NCBI GenBank assembly: GCA_965213685.1
Contig: CBDBZY010000064.1
Location: 768,001-832,000 of the forward strand
Reading direction: 5' to 3'
Origin: a bacterium
Lineage (GTDB): Bacteria > UBA8248
DNA length: 64,000 nucleotides
The notes under the pieces: model-generated
What the model saw: only the letters and a program-made list of their open reading frames with translations
Told to the model about the DNA's origin: nothing
Database searches by the model: none
Made by a program: the position numbers and the translations under genes
In this document: positions 57,488-64,000 of the stretch, in pieces
Layout: each line of letters opens with the position of its first letter
Position numbering within the stretch: the stretch's first letter is position 1

Positions 57488-57507
57488 TGCATGTGGCAAT
57501 CAATTGG

Positions 57508-57785
57508 ACATGAGTTAGTCAATACTAACCAGTATCTTCTTTGAATGCTATACCATGAGTTAGTCAAATGCAAACACTAATGGGCTGCTCTATCATGGGT
57601 TGGTCAATGCTAATACATGTATGCTTACCGAATGTCCTATATACTGTGGGTTTGTTAACGCAATGCAACTAATATACTCACCGAATGCTCTACCATGGGT
57701 TAGTCAATAGTAACTAGTATGCTCACCAAATGCTCTACCATGGGTTAGTCAATACTGACCAATATGCTCACCCAATGTTTTACCG
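57508..57785. repeat. Diverged ~45-bp minisatellite
   Basis: Recurrent CTACCATGGGTTAGTCAAT...TATGCTCACC..ATG units. Confidence 0.75.
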
Positions 57786-59554
57786 TTTGTAATCCAATAT
57801 CACTCTCTTTGTCAGGCATACTCAAATACAACAATGACAGCATAGGTTAACCGATTAACGCCAATTGTCATGTAAACACGACAAAATAACAGCTCCGCAA
57901 ACTCGTCCGCTTAACCTTACGCATGACCAGCGTATAGGGGCATATCCCATAGCATCGGAATCGGCAGTCTTCAAGGAATGACATCATCTTTTCAGTACGG
58001 GAATTGGACATTCACAGGGAAAGTTATGTTCCACAAATGAAGCCATACAATCGTGCATGCACTAGGTGGCCGTCTCGTGTAAGAGAATGAACTTCAGCGA
58101 GTATCTACAGGCTATACAGGTACAGGTAGCTATGTGGAGTCCATCGATAGGACGTTAGCCTTGGCAAGCTACGCAGTGTAGGTAAAAGCTACAAAGCCTA
58201 CATGTAGTCTCGAACGGGTGAACCGCGGGTATGACCTCACGTAGCGCTTACCTTACTTAGCTTGATGGCTTTGTAACTGGTATGTTGGATGCACAGTGGA
58301 TAGAGATAGCCCTTAGGGATTTAGAAAAGTACAAGGAAAACAAGTGTTTCGAGTTCTAGGTCAATGTCTTGTGCATAACAACATGACCGCCATGTTATTC
58401 CGTCACTAATAGGTTAACCCACAAACACGTACGTACATCTAGAAGCATCTTGACAGGGATCCAAAATATCACATGGAAGGGATCAATCCTTAATTAGGCA
58501 GATGGGGCTCAGAGGTTTCCTAGGGAGTAAGTTCTTGAAATGCGCACAGCTAAACAGAATTGCGAAGCTCTCTCCCGGCTGGGCTTAGCCCATGCACAAA
58601 TGAAGGAATCATGCACAATAACATAACTGGTGAGGTAGGGCTGGTTAGTTTACTGTTGGTGTAGCTGCACACTGGGGAAGTATCAGCCAAGTCACATCAT
58701 ATGTGGCTGTATGAAGCGGCAGCACGAACACAGTCATTGAGAGGGCGACACATGAAGGGGGACACAGGAAAAATCACACGTTTGTGTGGTGACACGGTGT
58801 GGTAGCACCCATGAAGTCGGTCATACAGCGAGGGAACGCTGGCAAAATCACCAGCAAAGTTTCTGAGAGGTCACACAATTAGAGGTCACACATGGGAGAG
58901 AGCCTGGGGACGAGGCTAAGAGGTTACACAGTGGAGAAGTGCCAGCAAAGTCATACACACTGTAGGACAGCACTAGCAAATCACCAGCAAAGACGGGGGG
59001 GGCACAGGACTGGGGACTGCTGGCAGAGTCAGTCGTGCCGGGGGAGAGTGTGGAAGCAGGGAGAGGGAGTGGAGGTGGGTTGGAGATAGAGGAGGGCTGT
59101 CATGGAGGAGTGGATGTGGGTAGAAGTGGAGGAGCCAGTACCATTGCGCAAGAGTGGAGACAGGGAGAGATTACCCAACAGCTGTGGAGGTGGCAAGAGG
59201 AACTGGGCTGTTGGAGACCAGGAGTGGGCTGAGGCTGCCTCGGGAGGAAGCGAGTGGGAGGTGGTGTGAGGAGAGGGCCATCATGCAACAGGGTGGAGTG
59301 CCACACCACACAGGGAGGAGCCAGGGGGAATGAGGTGCATGCAGTGGGCCATACTAAACAGGCACCAGTGGAAGGGCTCAAATGTAGAGGCTCAGTGTGT
59401 GTGGGGAAACTGAGATAAAGACGCAGGAGGGAGTAAGGCAAGCTACTCACCAGGTGGAGAGATGGTGGCGTGGGAGAGAGAAGAGGAGAAAGTGGAGGAG
59501 AAGGGGGAGGCAAGGCAACCAGGTAGCAGCAGTAACAGCAGTGCAGGGTAGGCA

Positions 59555-59600
59555 GAGGAGGAGGAGGAAGAGGAGGAGGAGGAGGAGGAGGAGGAGGAGA
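59555..59600. repeat. (GGA)n trinucleotide tract
   Basis: Directly visible. Confidence 0.9.
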
Positions 59601-59838
59601 GTGAACTGAGGACTGTTTTGTTCACTTTCCAGGGGTGGACCCAGACATTAATAAAGGGGGAGGCACAGGTAATTAATGCACGCTAAATGTGCTGACTAGG
59701 GGGGGGTCTGGGGGCATGTCCCCCCAGGAAATTTTTGAGTTCACATCTTTTGAGATCGTTTCTGGGGCAGTTTTGGACAGGATATTTGAAGATGTAATAC
59801 TCTGCAGTAAGTGACTGTTCCTATAAATGGATGATACG

Positions 59839-60485
59839 TACTTGCAGAATCTTCTCAAAGGTTGGTCGGTCAGCAGGCTTGTGCTCCCAGCAGGACTGCA
59901 TGAGCTTCCGTTTTACTTTAGCAGGAGTCTCTTGTCAAGGTCCAGCCGCATGCTTCATACACTTCTGGGTGCAGTGTTGTGCATGTACTATGGTAAACCT
60001 ATGTATGCCCGTCGCATATGTAGCTCGTGGTCTCATCCCCAGACTCTGCAATTGGTATCGTTCCCAGATGTATCTGTCCTCTGGGTTTTCTCCTCAGATA
60101 GGATCGATGCCCTTTCGTATTAGGTGAACGGCAGGTCTGCATGCAAGGTGTGCATGCTTCAGAGTGCTAGTGAGTGTCACATTTTCTATGGCTGTTTCAG
60201 AAACTGTCCACACAATGTTTCACAAAGAGCACACCAAACTGGAATAGATGACTGCATAATCACACTCCTTCAATGGCAGTGTCTAGCCTGTTGTTCTAGG
60301 TGAGGTTGCACATGGAGTTGTTATATATACAGTGAATATGGTATTGCTTGGTAGGTAACCTATGTGTGGTACCAATGGGGGGGCATTTGGAGGAGTACCG
60401 GCCTGGCACAATACAACCCCAAACACAACAGACAATGTCAGTCTTGAACAAGTCCCTGTACACAGTGTCAAAACCCACCTGGGGG
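59839..60485 (-). pseudogene. Degenerate tyrosine-kinase/TKL remnant
   Basis: Minus strand KLMQSCWEHKPADRPTFEKILQ (subdomain XI, ~59840-59910). Weaker upstream pieces GGF/DTVYRD and DIV..FGVVL are in the expected order, with stops and frameshifts. Confidence 0.45.
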
Positions 60486-61365
60486 GAGTCTGCAGATGAA
60501 TATATATGTACATAGTGGTTTTGTGGTTATGGTAACATTGCATAGAGTTTGTACAATACTGGAGTCATGGATGAGATAAATGATACATTGTAGGTACACC
60601 TGTACATGTACTTCAATGATATAACATACCGTTCGTGAGCAGGTCCAACTCTACATAACAGATGATGAATGGCATGAGGCTGAATCACTCTCATTCTGAC
60701 TGGCCGTATCAAGGCATGCTTTTCATAGAGTGGTGGTGTGTAAGGGGAGGGGGTATAGCATGAAGGAAGTATTTCTCAGAGGCCATAGTCAATAATCAGG
60801 GCTGTAGCCATGTCACCACTATTATTGACATCAGCATTAATGTTCTCCCAATGCCGACTTGCCTCTGCCAACTGTCTACACACACACCCTCTCCCCAATA
60901 GTGATATCACTTGTAGGTAAACAATGTAAATATCAATAGCCCTTGTAAGCTCCAAAGACCATAGAAAGTGGCAGCTATAGCAATACAGGAGACCTCAGTA
61001 CATCTACGTGCATGATGTGATAAATAATATTTTTGAGCCCATATCTCAAAAATTACTCATGGGAATACCAAATTTTGACCATCTGTATAGTAAAATTTCT
61101 TTACCGTAAGTACACAAATTCGTAGTGTAATAACGGTCAGCCTTGATTTACCTACACACACACACTGGGTGTTTATGTCAATTTTCATGGACATGGGGGT
61201 TTGATCAGAAGTAACTACAAGACCTTACAAGTGCAACAAGTGCAGTATGTGCTACTGGTTTGCCATGTTTTCTAAGTGCTAGAACGTTACCCACCCTATG
61301 GAATGACTGTACTTGTGGAGGGCAGACATCGCTCTACAAGCCAGTTTTTGTCCCATCATTGTATA

Positions 61366-61980
61366 TGTGACCGGATCTGCGAAAACCGACCACCTTGTAA
61401 AATATGTACATTAGAGATACGGGCGTTTGAACGCAGTCATGTAGTTCTAGACCCAAACTTTTTTTATTATACCACTGTAATCCTGGGTCCTTTAGCTACA
61501 TCGTGGTGGAGTTTGACAGCCATCAGCGTTTCCGTTCGAGTGCTATAGCGTGAAACATGCAGCCTATTCGAGCGCCCCGTTATAGTCTTGTAGAGTATAC
61601 GATGTGCGTTGCTAAGCCGAAGAACATGATCTACAAGCTACGCTAACGACTTGTAGCTTGCCCAATGGCTATATCGTATGGAGAATCAGCTGATTACAAG
61701 TAAACACGAGTACCCGTGTAAAAACTGTAAGTATCGTGGAAGTATACGGACTACGCAAAACATGCCCTAGCGACCGCAATAAACGCCCGTTTTCTGGAAA
61801 ACGCGTGCATCTAAATTAGCCGACTCTCCGTGGTTCTAAGGACCGTATCTCCAAAACTATACAGGCGATCGCTTCCAAATTTTCACCAGACCTAGACCAC
61901 ACCTCAATGACATCATTCATTGCGCTATCTCGATTTCGATAGCGGGTACAAGGTGGTCGGTTTTCGCAGATCCGGTCACA
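61366..61980. mobile_element. Ginger-like non-autonomous DNA transposon (615 bp)
   Basis: Perfect 33-bp TIRs TGTGACCGGATCTGCGAAAACCGACCACCTTGT with TGT...ACA ends, flanked by TATA on both sides; CpG-rich interior. Confidence 0.82.
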
Positions 61981-62461
61981 TATAGCTCATCTCGCGGAGA
62001 AGTTACAAGCGCTCTTATTTAACCAGGTGGTTCTGAGTCTCCTCTGTGTACCATGTCCTTCTGTTGATCTGAAATTTTGAGGTAAGGTTTGCAAAATCAA
62101 AAAGTACTGGTTAGAGCAATAAACCATGTCTAACATGTATCGCACAACATTTTTTGTACCAAGCCACATGGCATTGAAATCGTTTGGATGTTTATTGAAA
62201 TTGTGTGGTAGCTACGTGTATGTGCACCAACACCATGTGAGTACAGGGTCATACGGGGAGTACAGAGACCGTTGTATGGTATGTGTTTGTGCATACAGTG
62301 TTACTCCCACATGTACATAATTATGTCCTTTTTGGAACAGGCGGGCTGCAACATTCAGTGGAGTTGTGTGTAGATGGTGCTCCACCACTTTCTGTTTCTG
62401 TTTGAGTTTTAGTTTGTCAGGCATCAATGCTTAAGTGCAGTGCAAATTTGTTCTGAAGGGT

Positions 62462-62740
62462 CTAAGCTACTCTCAGCTGCTGGCTGACTTTAGGTGACGC
62501 CTTCTGTTTTGTTTTCTTCTTTTCCTCCTCTTCCCTCATGAGCAAATTAGAGTACGGTCCTGGATGTGCCTTCTGCAGGTGTTGCTTCGGATTCATTGAG
62601 AAGTTTCCCACTATCTCATGGCCGCAGATATAAGTAACTTGCATCAGAGGTAGAGTCTCTAATGCTCTTGTCCTGCGACTCCCTGTGCTCAAAATATTCC
62701 CGTACTTGGCTCCTACGTGGCCGACCAATAGACACTTGAC
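62462..62740 (-). mobile_element. Degenerate BED zinc-finger N-terminus of a hAT-type transposase
   Basis: GRPRRSQVREYFEH..QDKSI, then after a frameshift ICGHEIVGNFSMNPKQHLQKAHP: the S.VW.YF..C..C..NL..HL...HP pattern. Confidence 0.6.
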
Positions 62741-64000
62741 TCACGGAGGATCCAGGAGATGGGGAGGTGGACAACCTCAGAGCAGCAGCAGACGTTGATG
62801 CTTCCCCGGCACCTTTAGCCATTGCCATTTGCCCCACGCTTGGAAGGCTTTCCTCCTCAATACAAAGACTTGGTATTATTTTTAGTTAGCATTATTTCTT
62901 TTTAGTAAAGCTCTGGATCTCCTGATGGCTTGGTTTTAATTTTCAATTACCAAATATAATTCCTTCTGACATGTGCACTTTTGGTTTTAGTTATGGTAAA
63001 CTAGAACCACACTACTTCCTAGGTGGAGCCTCCTTCTGAAGCATGTAGGTGCTGAGTGAGGGCATAACTCAGGCATGGTCAATGGCAGGAGGATGCCACC
63101 TGGTCTTCAAATTGGGTGTCATTTTCCCTTTCACTGTGAACATCTCCTTTCCTACATACCAAGTCTGTAAAAGTTGAGGGAGGAGGGGAGCACCCTACCT
63201 CCAGTCGCGAGTGATGGTGTGTGGCAACAGTGAGTGTGAGTAGCAGTATTCGGCAGGGGTGAAGCCAAGTGCAGGGTGGTTTGGAGCAGTTTGTTTTGTA
63301 AAAGTTTGTGGCAAGTTGTTGTGTTGTTCAGCTCTGCACGAGTGCTTCAGTGTCTGCAGAATTTTGTGGTGGCAGTGCTTTTCGTACCCACCAAGTAATG
63401 TAATTTACATCACCTATGATCGATAATACAATGAACTGCAATGTTGAGATACACAAATGATGCGAATGAAAGACGCATATGTTTAAGACCGATGTTGGTA
63501 ACACCAGAACCTGATTGTATGGCAGAACAGTCTGCAACTGACAACCAACTGAATTTCAGTATTTGTAAAGTTACCAAACCTCATCAATCGTGAGTGTTCA
63601 CTGTAGCCAACAACAATTACTAAAGACGACATTATTCAGTGTGCTTTCATTCAGGCATTAAGGGCAGGTAGATACAAATGTAGTTTACAGGGTGGTCTGG
63701 AGCAGGTGGAGGATTGAATCACGAAATGTGTGGTCACAAAGATACAGGATGTACAATGCCAAGAGAACTTTGATGTAATGCCAAATAATGGAAAGCCACA
63801 ACTCTCTCAGGAGTAGCCGTGACGTGACCTGCTCTGAATTGGACAACAGCTTGTGGAACTCGCCTTACCGGAAAAAGGAGCTACCACACAGTGTGCAAGT
63901 GGTTTGCTGGTTGAACACTCACTCTCACAAAGAGGACTGCCATACTGTCCAGTGGTTACATGATGGCTACCAGTCTAGACAGACATCATTTTACCCTTGC

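Overview
Eukaryotic, intron-containing animal DNA, most likely a demosponge. That assignment is an inference from the short GT-AG introns, pervasive TACATGTA micro-repeats, repeat types and gene families; it is not proven. The main content is a tandem cluster of six apparently intact genes plus one pseudogene. Each encodes a proline-rich N-terminus, a CABIT-like domain (THEMIS/GAREM family), a tyrosine-motif-rich tail and a C-terminal SAM domain. All seven share a phase-0 intron at the start of the SAM domain, so the ORF track shows each gene as two ORFs. The two halves of the cluster (0.3-10 kb and 30-43 kb) are separated by repeat-rich DNA: an RLE-type and a CR1/L2-type LINE remnant, a tandem duplication with filled and empty hAT-MITE sites, tRNA-derived repeats, a death-domain pseudo-exon and a 5-kb modular array hinged on (CA)n tracts. 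Downstream, a Cys-rich, ~9-TM membrane protein gene occurs twice in opposite orientation. The flanks indicate tandem duplication followed by inversion, leaving one intact ORF cut off from its original upstream region and one frameshifted copy that keeps it. The last 10 kb hold a miniature Gypsy-derived LTR element, a Ginger-like MITE, and BED-finger and kinase remnants. All domain calls were made by eye, without HMM searches.
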